Below, in pieces: positions 38,346-50,425 of a stretch of DNA of 64,000 nucleotides (positions are counted from its first letter, which is position 1; every line of letters begins with the position of its first letter). The stretch is from Octopus sinensis (Eukaryota). The notes beneath the pieces were generated by a model, which worked only from the letters and a program-made list of their open reading frames with translations, was not told where the DNA came from and ran no database searches. The position numbers and the translations under genes are program-made. Where the stretch lies: positions 150,350,001 through 150,414,000 of the forward strand of contig NC_043000.1 in NCBI RefSeq assembly GCF_006345805.1, read 5' to 3'.

Positions 38346-41300
38346 TATCTGGAACAAAATCTTATACATTTACTTAAGTCTCATTGTGATTTACTTAAAA
38401 CTATTTTAACCCTTTCGTTACTGTATTTATTTTGAGATGCTCTGTGTTCCTTTCAATTACTTTAAATATAACAAAGAATTTAGTAAAATAACTTTGTTAT
38501 CATTCAGCTAGTGTTAGGAACGTAAATTGTGACTAAGGTTTGGTGGAAGATTTTAATTCAAAGCTTATGAAAACAAGACATTTGTACTACAGAGCCAGAG
38601 CCGGTTTCAGCCGGGCTGGTAATGAAAGGGTTAAAAGTTTCTGTCACTCATCCAGTTTCGATAACTATACATGGTGATGAAAAAGCATTTGATATACTTT
38701 CATTGTGATATAAAGATGGATATTGCTTCAATCAAAATCTGTTTTTAAAATTTATGAAAATTTAAAGCATTTTTATTAATGTAGGCTACTGTTAATCTTG
38801 ATAACAGAGTTTTAAGATCTAAGTAAAGGAATTGATAAAGTTCATGCTTTTTCATAATGGATGTTTATAAAGTTAGTTCAACGCACTTACTGAATTTATT
38901 GCACCAACCTCATTTTAATATTGGTTTGAAAGTGGTACTAAGTATGAGAGGTTTAATACAATAATATGCTTTGATGGAAAACAAAATACAAAGGATGTAG
39001 TTGTATGAAACTTTTACTCCTAAGGACTATGTCCAATGTTTTAATGGCTGCTATGAATCATTATAAAACGGCAGAATGAGGAGTACAAAGAGGTAAAAAA
39101 ATGGAAGAGTGCTGAACAAAATGTTCTCTCTTTTACTCTCTTTTACTTGTTTCAGTCATTTGACTGTGGCCATGCTGGAGCACCGCCTTTAGTCGAGCAA
39201 CTCGACCCCGGGACTTATTCTTTGTAAGCCCAGTACTTATTCTATCGGTCTCTTTTTGCTGAACCACTAAGTGACGGGGATGTAAACACACCAGCATCGG
39301 TTGTCAAGCAATGCTAGGGGGACAAACACAGACACGCAAACACACACGCACATATATATATATATATATACATATATACGACAGGCTTCTTTCAGTTTCC
39401 GTCTACCGAATCCACTCACAAGGCTTTGGTCGGCCCGGGGCTATAGCAGAAGACAGTTGCCCAAGATGCCACGCAGTGGGACTGAACCCGGAACCATGTG
39501 GCTGGTTAGCAAGCTACTTACCACACAGCCACTCCTGCGACAATATTTTTAAAGCTTTCTCTATGTTCTAAATTGAAACCCTATTAAGGTTAACTTTGTG
39601 TTTCATGCATTCAAAGTTGTGAAAAATAGAAGAACCAGATACAAATATGTGACACTTTGTCAATGCAAAAAGTATCAGCAGAACACAACAGAGTGAAAGA
39701 TCCTTTCATATGTATGGTCTGATTGTAATAGAATAAACTGAATTATATGGAAAAAACAAAAAACCAGCATGACTAAGATAAAGATAAAAGCTATGTTGTT
39801 TTCAATGATTTCGAGAAAGAATAGGAAGAAACTAATGATTGCACAGGTGGCATATGACATTTTAACGAGACAGACAATGGCAAAACCTTTCAGTACATTG
39901 TTTAGTCCAAAGTACGATAATGATTCAGTCAGGGAAATAGATAAGTTCTGGTGTGTAGGCAACCAATCAATTTCAGAGTAAATTTGGTGTTGACTGAACA
40001 TTTGCAGACCATCTGACATGATATAGAATCTAGAGATGTTTTTCTTAGAATATTTTACAATACACGCTGCAAAAAGTGTTGTTATTTTAAAGGAAGGCGG
40101 AAAATATAACAGATAAGAAAAGAGATTACTGTGATCTGACTGAGATATAATGAAAATCTGAAAAATAGACTCAGTTTAAGTAAATCAGATATGAAGGAAA
40201 GATTGGTATGTGTTTTTTGACCAGAATACCTCATGAGAGCTGATAGTAATTACACAATAGCAAATATATTAAAAAAGATTTTAAAACATCTTGACCTCAG
40301 AGAGATTAAAGGGTTTAAAAAGATTGACCTATTCCATGTCAAATGAGACTGATCTTATTTTATTGATTTGTGTTAATCTATATGAACAATGAATGTTGCA
40401 AGTACCAACATTGATGTCGATAAAAATCTATTACAATCTATTACATTAGCATCGAATCATATAGTACAATTTTAAAGATATTTAGTAATACTATTTATTC
40501 TTTTTTATTTTAATTTTTTTATTGATCAAGGGCCTTTATTTGATGCGGCCTTATGATAAGCAGGTTATGTAGAAACTAAGGGTAAAAGATTGTAAAAATT
40601 AGTTAATCAGGCGCAGGTGTGGCTGTGTGGTAACTAGCTTGCTAACCAACCACATGGTTCCGGGTTCAGTCCCACTGCGTGGCATCTTGGGCAACTGTCT
40701 TCTGCTATAGCTCAGGGCCGACCAATGCCTTGTGAGTGGATTTGGTAGACGGAAACTGAAAGAAGCCTGTCGTATGTATGTATATATGTGTATATGTATG
40801 TGTGTGTCTGTGTTTGTCCACCTAGCATTGATTGACAATGCTGGTGTGTTTACGTCCCCGTCACTTAGCGGTTCGGCAAAAGAGACCAATAGAATAAGTA
40901 CTAGGCTTACAAAGAATAAGTCCCAGGGTCGATTTGCTCGACTAAAGGCGGTGCTCCAGCATGGCCACAGTCAAATGACTGAAACAGGTAAAAGAGTAAT
41001 CATATTACTGAAATTTGTGATGAAAATTTAGAGTTAGTATTTTTAGTATTAGTAATAACTGATAATAGTTTCAAAGAATAAGTATATGAAATTTTTGTAT
41101 TTTTTTATCTTAGAACTTGGAATCAGATGAACGATGGATTGTGTTGGAATATTTAATTATATTTGTACTCAATAGGTACAGGCATGCTGAGTGATAAGAA
41201 GTTTGCTTCTCTGGTTTCAGGTATAGCACCTAAAGCAAGTGTCTTCTCCTATAACCCTGGGCCAACTAAAGCTTTGTTAGTAGACATGTATATACAGATA

Positions 41301-41794
41301 TGACAGAAAGCCTGTCATATCTGTATATACATGTGTGTATGTGTTTGTTACTGTCTCCTTGCTTTGTTATCAAGTGATAGCTGTAAATAAATGTCACTGT
41401 CATACAAGCAGTGTCTTTCATTTCCAATCTTCTGTGAAAACATGTCTGGCCATGGGGAAATATTACCTTACTTGGAAATAGGTGAGGGTTGGTGACAGGA
41501 AGGGCATCTAGCAGTAAAAAAATCTGTCTCAACAAATTATGTCTGACCCATGTGCATATGGAAAAGGGAACATTAAAACAATGATGATGATGATGATTAA
41601 CTTGTAGATATATGAAGAAGTTGACAGCATTCTTTTTTTTTTCTTATTAAATTTTACATTATTTATTTATTTATTTGCAATACAAGGAGAATGTTTCAGA
41701 AACTCTTCTATAAAACATTCTGATCAACAGTATTTAATATCCAGCAAAATAAACTAAGTACTATTATAATGTAAAGATAAACCCTCAAGGACCT

Positions 41795-44700
41795 CCTAAG
41801 GTCTTGGAGGGTCCAATACCCAACTTAGGGGTTGAATGCTACACCAGTCACCAGACTGGACACCGCTGCATAATACTAAAGATCCTGCTTTCTCCATCCA
41901 GTGTAACAAGGATCAAAGGCTCACAACTTTCAATACCTTGCCAAAAGACCTCAAAGAGTTACAAAGTGTAGATATGGATGTGTTCAAAGAACAATTAGAC
42001 AAATTTTTATCTGATGTATCAGATGACCCCACATTATGACAAGAAATGCAGACAAGAGCAGCTCTGTTCAGTTCACTGCTTCATCAGGACTGATTCCAGC
42101 AGCTCTATTCAGTTCACTACTTCATCAGGACTGATTCCAGCAGCTCTGTTCAGTTCAATACTTCATCAGGACTGATTCCAGCAGCTCTGTTCAGTTCACT
42201 ACTTCATCAGGTCTGATTAAAGCAGCTCTGTTCAGTTCACTACTTCATCAGGACTGATTCCAGCAGCTCTGTTCAGTTCACTACTTCATCAGGACTGGTT
42301 CCAGCAGCTCTGTTCAGTTCACTACTTCATCAGGACTGATTCCAGCAGCTCTGTTCAGTTCACTACTTCATCAGGACTGATTAAAGCAGCTCTGTTCAGT
42401 TCACTACTTCATCAGGACTGATTCCAGCAGCTCTGTTCAGTTCACTACTTCATCAGGACTGATTAAAGCAGCTCTGTTCAGTTCACTACTTCATCAGGAC
42501 TGATTCCAGCAGCTCTGTTCAGTTCACTACTTCATCAGGACTGGTTCCAGCAGCTCCGTTCAGTTCACTACTTCATCAGGACTGATTCCAGCAGCTCTGT
42601 TCAGTTCACTACTTCATCAGGACTGATTCCAGCAGCTCTGTTCAGTTCACTACTTCATCAGGACTGATTAAAGCAGCTCTGTTCAGTTCACTACTTCATC
42701 AGGACTGGTTCCAGCAGCTCTGTTCAGTTCACAACTTCATCAGGACTGGTTCCAGCAGCTCTGTTCAGTTCACTACTTCATCAGGACTGATTAAAGCAGC
42801 TCTGTTCAGTTCACTACTTCAGCAGGACTGATTCCAACAGCTCTGTTCAGTTCACTACTTCATCAGGACTGATTGCAGCAGCTCTGTTTAGTTCACTACT
42901 TCATCAGGACTGATTAAAGCAGCTCTGTTCAGTTCACTACTTCATCAGGACTGATTCCAGCAGCTCTGTTCAGTTCATTACTTCATCAGGACTGATTCCA
43001 GCAGCTCTGTTCAGTTCACTACTTCATCAGGACTGATTCCAGCAGCTCTGTTCAGTTCACTACTTCATCAGGACTGATTCCAGCAGCTCTGTTCAGTTCA
43101 CTACTTCATCAGGACTGATTAAAGCAGCTCTGTTCAGTTCACTACTTCATCAGGACTGGTTCCAGCAGCTCTGTTCAGTTCACTACTTCATCAGGACTGG
43201 TTCCAGCAGCTCTGTTCAGTTCACTACTTCATCAGGACTGATTCCAGCAGCTCTGTTCAGTTCACTACTTCATCAGGACTGATTAAAGCAGCTCTGTTCA
43301 GTTCACTACTTCATCAGGACTGGTTCCAGCAGCTCTGTTCAGTTCACTACTTCATCAGGACTGGTTCCAGCAGCTCTGTTCAGTTCACTACTTCATCAGG
43401 ACTGATTAAAGCAGCCCTGTTCAGTTCACTACTTCATCAGGACTGGTTCCAGCAGCTCTGTTCAGTTCACTACTTCATCAGGACTGATTCCAGCAGCTCT
43501 GTTCAGTTCACTACTTCATCAGGACTGATTAAAGCAGCTCTGTTCAGTTCACTACTTCATCAGGACTGGTTCCAGCAGCTCTGTTCAGTTCACTACTTCA
43601 TCAGGACTGGTTCCAGCAGCTCTGTTCAGTTCACTACTTCATCAGGACTGATTAAAGCAGCCCTGTTCAGTTCACTACTTCATCAGGACTGGTTCCAGCA
43701 GCTCTGTTCAGTTCACTACTTCATCAGGACTGATTAAAGCAGCTCTGTTCAGTTCACTACTCATCAGGACTGATTAAGCAGCTCTGTTCAGTTCACTACT
43801 CACTACTTCATCAGGACTGATTAAAGCAGCTCTGTTCAGTTCACTACTTCATCAGGACTGGTTCCAGCAGCTCTGTTCAGTTCACTACTTCATCAGGACT
43901 GGTTCCAGCAGCTCTGTTCAGTTCACTACTTCATCAGGACTGATTAAAGCAGCTCTGTTCAGTTCACTACTTCATCAGGACTGGTTCCAGCAGCTCTGTT
44001 CAGTTCACTACTTCATCAGGACTGGTTCCAGCAGCTCTGTTCAGTTCACTACTTCATCAGGACTGATTCCAGCAGCTCTGTTCAGTTCACTACTTCATCA
44101 GGACTGATTCCAGCAGCTCTGTTCAGTTCACTACTTCATCAGGACTGGTTCCAGCAGCTCTGTTCAGTTCAATACTTCATCAGGACTGATTAAAGCAGCT
44201 CTGTTCAGTTCACTACTTCATCAGGACTGGTTCCAGCAGCTCTGTTCAGTTCACTACTTCATCAGGACTGATTGCAGCAGCTCTGTTCAGTTCACTACTT
44301 CATCAGGACTGGTTCCAGCAGCTCTGTCCAGTTCACTACTTCATCAGGACTGATTCCAGCAGCTCTGTTCAGTTCACTACTTCATCAGGACTGGTTCCAG
44401 CAGCTCTGTTCAGTTCACTACTTCATCAGGACTGATTAAAGCAGCTCTGTTCAGTTCACTACTTCATCAGGACTGGTTCCAGCAGCTCTGTTCAGTTCAC
44501 TACTTCATCAGGACTGATTAAAGCAGCTCTGTTCAGTTCACTACTTCATCAGGACTGGTTCCAGCAGCTCTGTTCAGTTCACTACTTCATCAGGACTGGT
44601 TCCAGCAGCTCTGTTCAGTTCACTACTTCATCAGGACTGATTAAAGCAGCTCTGTTCAGTTCACTACTTCATCAGGACTGGTTCCAGCAGCTCTGTTCAG

Positions 44701-45816
44701 TTCACTACTTCATCAGGACTGATTAAAGCAGCTCTGTTCAGTTCACTACTTCATCAGGACTGGTTCCAGCAGCTCTGTTCAGTTCACTACTTCATCAGGA
44801 CTGGTTCCAGCAGCTCTGTTCAGTTCACTACTTCATCAGGACTGGTTCCAGCAGCTCTGTTCAGTTCACTACTTCATCAGGACTGATTAAAGCAGCTCTG
44901 TTCAGTTCACTACTTCATCAGGACTGATTAAAGCAGCTCTGTTCAGTTCACTACTTCATCAGGACTGATTAAAGCAGCTCTGTTCAGTTCACTACTTCAT
45001 CAGGACTGATTAAAGCAGCTCTGTTCAGTTCACTACTTCATCAGGACTGGTTCCAGCAGCTCTGTTCAGTTCACTACTTCATCCATCAGGACTGATTAAA
45101 GCAGCTCTGTTCAGTTCACTACTTCATCAGGACTGGTTCCAGCAGCTCTGTTCAGTTCACTACTTCATCAGGACTGATTAAAGCAGCTCTGTTCAGTTCA
45201 CTACTTCATCAGGACTGGTTCCAGCAGCTCTGTTCAGTTCACTACTTCATCAGGACTGATTAAAGCAGCTCTGTTCAGTTCACTACTTCATCAGGACTGG
45301 TTCCAGCAGCTCTGTTCAGTTCACTACATCAGGACTGATTCCAGCAGCTCTGTTCAGTTCACTACTTCATCAGGACTGGTTCCAGCAGCTCTGTTCAGTT
45401 CACTACTTCATCAGGACTGATTAAAGCAGCTCTTTTCAGTTCACTACTTCATCAGGACTGATTCCAGCAGCTCTGTTCAGTTCACTACTTCATCAGGACT
45501 GATTAAAGCAGCTCTGTTCAGTTCACTACTTCATCAGGACTGATTAAAGCAGCTCTGTTCAGTTCACTACTTCATCAGGACTGATTCCAGCAGCTCTGTT
45601 CAGTTCACTACTTCATCAGGACTGATTAAAGCAGCTCTGTTCAGTTCACTACTTCATCAGGACTGATTCCAGCAGCTCTGTTCAGTTCACTACTTCATCA
45701 GGACTGATTACAGAGACAAGACTGGGAAATGAATCTAAAATAAACAAGCATTAGCACTGATGGTAACCAGCATGACCAGTCCCTGGCTGAACCTGATCAT
45801 AAAATAATAGAATAAA
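41795..45816 (+). mobile_element. CR1/L2-like LINE 3' end hosting the 41-bp array
   Basis: KVLEGPIPNLGVECYT...FNTLPKDLKELQSVDMDVFKEQLDKFLSDVSDDPTL*QEMQTRAALFSSLLHQ runs into the first repeat. A CAGCATGACC...GGCTGAA tail follows the array. Confidence 0.7.
42058..45712. repeat. 41-bp minisatellite, about 89 units
   Basis: Unit GCAGCTCTGTTCAGTTCACTACTTCATCAGGACT-(GATTCCA/GGTTCCA/GATTAAA). Period checked at 42061/42102. Confidence 0.99.
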
Positions 45817-46054
45817 CTCATTGACTTAAAGTATAAATTCAGCAAATACAACAGAGTTGTGGCGATGCAACGAGGAAAATTTTTCAGTCATAAAAATACT
45901 ATTTTGTCAATGAAACGACAATATTTCAACTGATTATTGTAGACTGATGTACTAATGAGAGCAACTAATGTTGAACATATAAAACTTACAATAAAGGATT
46001 TCTAGCTGAAAACTTTGCAACTATTTTAGGTTGATGTATAGACATGGAGAAAAA

Positions 46055-46447
46055 TCTCTCTGTATATAAAGCTGAAGTTGTCTGTGTATGGCAGGTTTGG
46101 TAGCCTTCAACTAACACTATCTCCTCCGAGACCCTGCGGCGCAACTTGACCAAAATTGAAAGTATGACAGAAGAAGGCTTGCTCTTCCTTCCGTAGAAGA
46201 AAAAATTCAAATCGGCCCATGTTAACGCCAAAAATTATTTACATCGAAAAGGTGCTTTTTTTCTACGAAAATCCCTATTTTTTACGATTTTTTTACTGCT
46301 GTGTCGCCATTTTTCGGTGTATTTCAACCAGAGAAAATGTTCACTTAAAGAGAATAACAAGCTACATAATGCAAAATTTTTACTTTTCAAAAATTCCAAT
46401 TCTAAAGGGTCGAAACAAACCCGAGCAACGCAGGGCGATACTGCTAG
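46055..46447 (+). mobile_element. Non-autonomous Helitron
   Basis: A|TCTCTCTGTATATAAAG at the 5' end, CCCGAGCAACGCAGGGCGATACTGCTAG|T at the 3' end. A-T insertion with no TSD. Confidence 0.85.
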
Positions 46448-46641
46448 TATTTTCAAAACATCAATTAGTTAGACTGTAGCTAAGAAAAGAAAAAAGAGAA
46501 AAAAAATAAGTAAAAGAAACATAGTAAAATCCCTTGCCCCAGTACAAAATAATTACTGTTGTGCAGCTTGAGCTATTTGACCATCCCACTCAAATACCGC
46601 ACTCTTAATTGTTCTTAATGAAGATGTCACATTGTAAATAA

Positions 46642-47030
46642 CTTGTGTATAAATGTGTATGTGTTGTGTGTGTGTGTGCTTGTGTATAAATGTGTGTATG
46701 TATGTGTTGTGTGTGTGTGTGTGTGTGCTTGTGTATAAATGTGTGTATGTATGTGGTGTGTGTGTGTGCTTGTGTATAAATGTGTATGTGTTGTGTGTGT
46801 GTGTGTGTGTGCTTGTGTATAAATGTGTGTATGTATGTGGTGTGTGTGTGTGTGCTTGTGTATAAATGTGTGTATGTATGTGGTGTGTGTGTGTGCTTGT
46901 GTACAAATGTGTGTATGTATGTGGTGTGTGTGTGTGTGCTTGTGTATAAATGTGTGTATGTATGTGGTGTGTGTGTGTGTGCTTGTGTACAAATGTGTGT
47001 ATGTATGTGGTGTGTGTGTGTGTGCTTGTC
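46642..47030. repeat. Compound (TG)-based minisatellite, about 9 units of roughly 35-50 bp
   Basis: Repeated CTTGTGTATAAATGTGTGTATGTATGTGG(TG)n. Confidence 0.9.
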
Positions 47031-47352
47031 TACCCATCACACACAGACACATTCACCTATATGCACACGTTTCTTTTTGTAAAGATGAAATGAGAGTCAT
47101 CACAATTTATATATAACACTTTTTCAAGTAAATTACAAGATTGTTTTTTTTTTCTGCACACAATCAAGAAATAACCAAATAAATTATACAGAATATTATA
47201 TTTCAAACCAATAGGAATGATATCACACAGCTTACTTGAGAGAGAAATAGATAGAAAAAGAAATTGAAAAGGTATTACAATTTACTTACCTGGAAACTAA
47301 AATCAAGCAATTAAAAATAACATAAAACATAAATGTAATAAATTAAATTCTA

Positions 47353-47358
47353 TTTATT
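47353..47358 (-). terminator. Candidate poly(A) signal of MRPL45
   Basis: AATAAA on the minus strand about 43 nt after the stop codon; the region is AT-rich, so chance occurrence is possible. Confidence 0.35.
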
Positions 47359-47400
47359 AAAGCATAAAAAAAAGTTGTCAATAATTGAAAGTCTATCAGA

Positions 47401-47682
47401 TTAGACAGTTGCATGTTGCTGTTGATTTTCTTTAGGATCCCCTTCATTGTTTTCTTCATTGTTTTCTACATCCTCTTCAATGGGTTCAAATTTAGGCAAC
47501 TGATATGTTCGAAGGATAGGGTCTCTAGGTGGCATCCAATCCGGAATTATCTTCCCGTGAATTCTCCACTGGCCATATATGTTTGATATGTGATTTTCGA
47601 ATACAACATATTCCAAAACGTCTTTTACAAGATTTTCACTACCATACATTAGACGACCGAATCGGTCGTAAATCGCCAGGCA
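47401..47682 (-). CDS. MRPL45: 39S ribosomal protein L45, mitochondrial, last coding exon
   Basis: tttgtttcag|TGC...[55 protein letters not shown] matches the MRPL45 [22 protein letters not shown] motif. Confidence 0.95.
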   Translation of the reverse strand, partial: CLAIYDRFGRLMYGSENLVKDVLEYVVFENHISNIYGQWRIHGKIIPDWMPPRDPILRTYQLPKFEPIEEDVENNEENNEGDPKENQQQHATV

Positions 47683-49148
47683 CTGAAACAAAAAACAAAA
47701 TTTAAAACTGAAGCTAAAAGAATTGCAGAAAAAGAAAAAAAAAAGATTTATTGTAGATACTGGATATGTGCATGATAAGACTTATTTTAAGAAGTAGAGC
47801 CGAATAACTTTCATATTACTTACAACTGTAATACAAGAATGCGTGCACGCACGTACACACACAGAGCTTATAGGTCTTCTGTCTGCCTGAAGATTAATAT
47901 TCCAGTGTTTTAATCAACTAAGCTATCTATTTATTGAATTATAGTACAAGTGGTTGTGGAGGCACAATGACCCAGTGGTTAGGGCAGCGGACTCGCAGTC
48001 ATAGGATCGCGGTTTCGATTCCCAGACCGGGCGTTGTGAGTGTTTATTGAGCGAAAACACCTAAAAAGCTCCACGAGGCTCCGGCAGGGGATGGTGGTGA
48101 TCCCTGCTGTACTCTTTCACCACAACTTTCTCTCACTCTTACTTCCTGTTTCTGTTGTACCTGTATTTCAAGGGGCCGGCCTTGTCACTCTCTGTGTCAC
48201 GCTGAATATCCCCAAGAACTACGTTAAGGGTACATGTGTCTGTGGAGTGCTCAGCCACTTACACGTTAAATTCACGAGCAGGCTGTTCTGTTGATGCGGA
48301 TCAACCGGAACCCTCGTCATCATAACCGACGGAGTGCTTCCATCCATCAGTACAAGTGGTACAGTATTCTTAACCCTTTAGCATTCAGATTCCGCAATCA
48401 CATGTAAGGCTTAGTTATTAACATCATTTTGAATTAATCATGCATTAACTTAATGATCATGCATTATCATAATTTGATCATTTATTTTCAGAATGACATT
48501 GTAGTGTAGAAATTGTAGTTGTGATACCCGTGCTGGTGGCACGTAAAAAGGACCATCCGAACGTGGCCGATGCCAGTGCCGCCGTGTCTAGCTTCTGTGT
48601 CAGTGGCATGCAAAAGGCACCAACCAATTGTAGCCGTTGCCAGCCTCGTCTGGCCCCTGTGCCTGTGGCATGTAAAAAAGCACCCACTACACTCTTGGAG
48701 TTGTTGACGTTAGGAAGGGCATCCAGCTATAGAAACACTGCCAGATCAGACTGGAGCCTGGTGCAGCCTCCTGGCTTCCCAGACCCCAGTCGAACCGTCC
48801 AACCCATGCTAGCATGGAAAACGAACGTTAAACGATGATGATGATGTGTTAGAGGCTGGATCTGGCTGGTTTGAACATAAAACATGTAGAATATTTGGGC
48901 TGGAAATGGCTAGTTTAAATGCTAATGGGTTAAAGTAATCCTTTGGGAGAATCAGCATGCGTGTATGGGTAAACCATTTGAATTAGAGGTACAATCTATC
49001 TAATTGGTTTTTAAAGTTTCTTTCTACTATATTTCAATCACAGTACTAGGATGACCTGAGGTTATTGCAGTGAAAATTTCATAACGGTGAAGAGAATTTC
49101 TTAAATACTCAATCATGCCTTTGCTCACACATATTCATATTATATATA

Positions 49149-50425
49149 TTAGGTCATCCGATAAATAATGTGGTTTTTTTCAAGTACATGAACTAAAACT
49201 TGGATGGGGATAGGATAAACTACCTGCATCAACTTACTATAAAAGCAAGTAGTAATTTTACCTTGCACTTACTCTTAGTGCAAGTTTCGAAGAGTGCAGT
49301 TCGATATTAACAGTTATTTTTTCAGAGCCATAATAGAAGTGACCAAGGAGAATATTTAGCATATTTTGCTTTATGAGTTCAATAAAGGCAACAACACAAC
49401 AGAAAGCGCGAGGAATATTAATACAGTATATGGGGATCGGACAAGCGTAAGCCAGTGTCAATGGTGGTTCCAGAAATTCTGAGCCAGAAACTATAGCCTA
49501 GAAGATGAGCCTCGTCCTGGAAGATCTGTAGAGCTTGATGAGGATGTCCTGCAAACTCTGGTGGAACAAAATCCCATCATAATTGTCGAGGAACTAGCAG
49601 AGAAGCTTGGATTTGGTCATTCAACTATTCATTGACACTTGCATGCTACTGAAAAAGTCAGCAAATTGGGTCAATGGGTTCCTCACAAACTTTCTGAGTT
49701 TAATCGCAGGCAGAGAGTGAATGTGTGTTATTCTTTGCTAACATGTCTCACAAATGAACCTTTTTTAGACTGAATAGTGACTGATGACAAGAAATGAGTT
49801 CTCTATAAAAATGTCAAGCACCAAAGACAGTGGGTAGGAAAAAGAGAAACACCAGCACCCCAAGCTGAAAGTCTTCACCCATGTAAGTTGTTGTTATCTG
49901 TTTGGTGGGATATGAAAGGTTTAGTCCACTTTGAACTTTTAGACCCAAACCAAATGATAAGAAAGGAGATCTTCTGTAAGCAGCTTGAGTGGCTTAAGTC
50001 AGCACCAGAAGAAAAACGACCATCTTTGGTTTCAAGACAAAAGGTGTTCTTCCATCAGGATAATGCTTGGCCACAAATAGCAAGGATGATATTCCAAAGG
50101 GCGGAGCAGTTTGAATGGGAAATAATGCCCCACCCACCATATTTGCCAGACATTGCCTCATCTGATTATCATTTATTCCGCAGTCTTCAAAATCATTTGG
50201 ACAGAAAAAATATGAATTTTGTAGACGCGGTCAGAACAGTAGTGAAAGTAGTTTTCATCATGGACAGGTGAACTTTGGGAGAGGGCCTTGCATGTCTACC
50301 AGATAGATAGAAAAGCATTGTAGAAAATGAAGGAGAGTATATTTTAAATTAAAAAAGAACTCTGTTTATCTTAATTTTGAAAAATAAAAGTATAAAAAAA
50401 CCACATTATTTATGGGATGACCCAA
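49149..50425 (+). mobile_element. Near full-length (1277 bp) dead mariner transposon
   Basis: TA flanks and TIRs TT(A/G)GGTCATCC..TAAATAATG. Motifs WVPHKLS, LSVWWD, FHQDNA, HPPYLPDIASSDYHLFRSLQNHL, interrupted by stops. Confidence 0.92.

Noticed and set aside
39769-39981. Plus-strand ORF ...VAYDILTRQTMAKPFSTLFSPKYDNDSVREIDKFW as an exon of a hidden gene
   Set aside because: There is a possible acceptor at about 39846 but no recognisable homology, no convincing donor and no partner exons.
42058-45712. Regular 41-bp array as a CRISPR array or coding repeat
   Set aside because: There are no unique spacers (only three recurring 7-mers), no cas genes, and the context is eukaryotic. The period is not a multiple of 3 and stops interrupt all frames.
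46553-47116. His/Thr-rich and Cys/Val-rich ORFs
   Set aside because: Artefacts of the (TG/CA)n minisatellite.
47656-47672. Small palindrome ACGACCGAATCGGTCGT in the MRPL45 last exon
   Set aside because: A short stem that is explained by the codons for YDRFGR.
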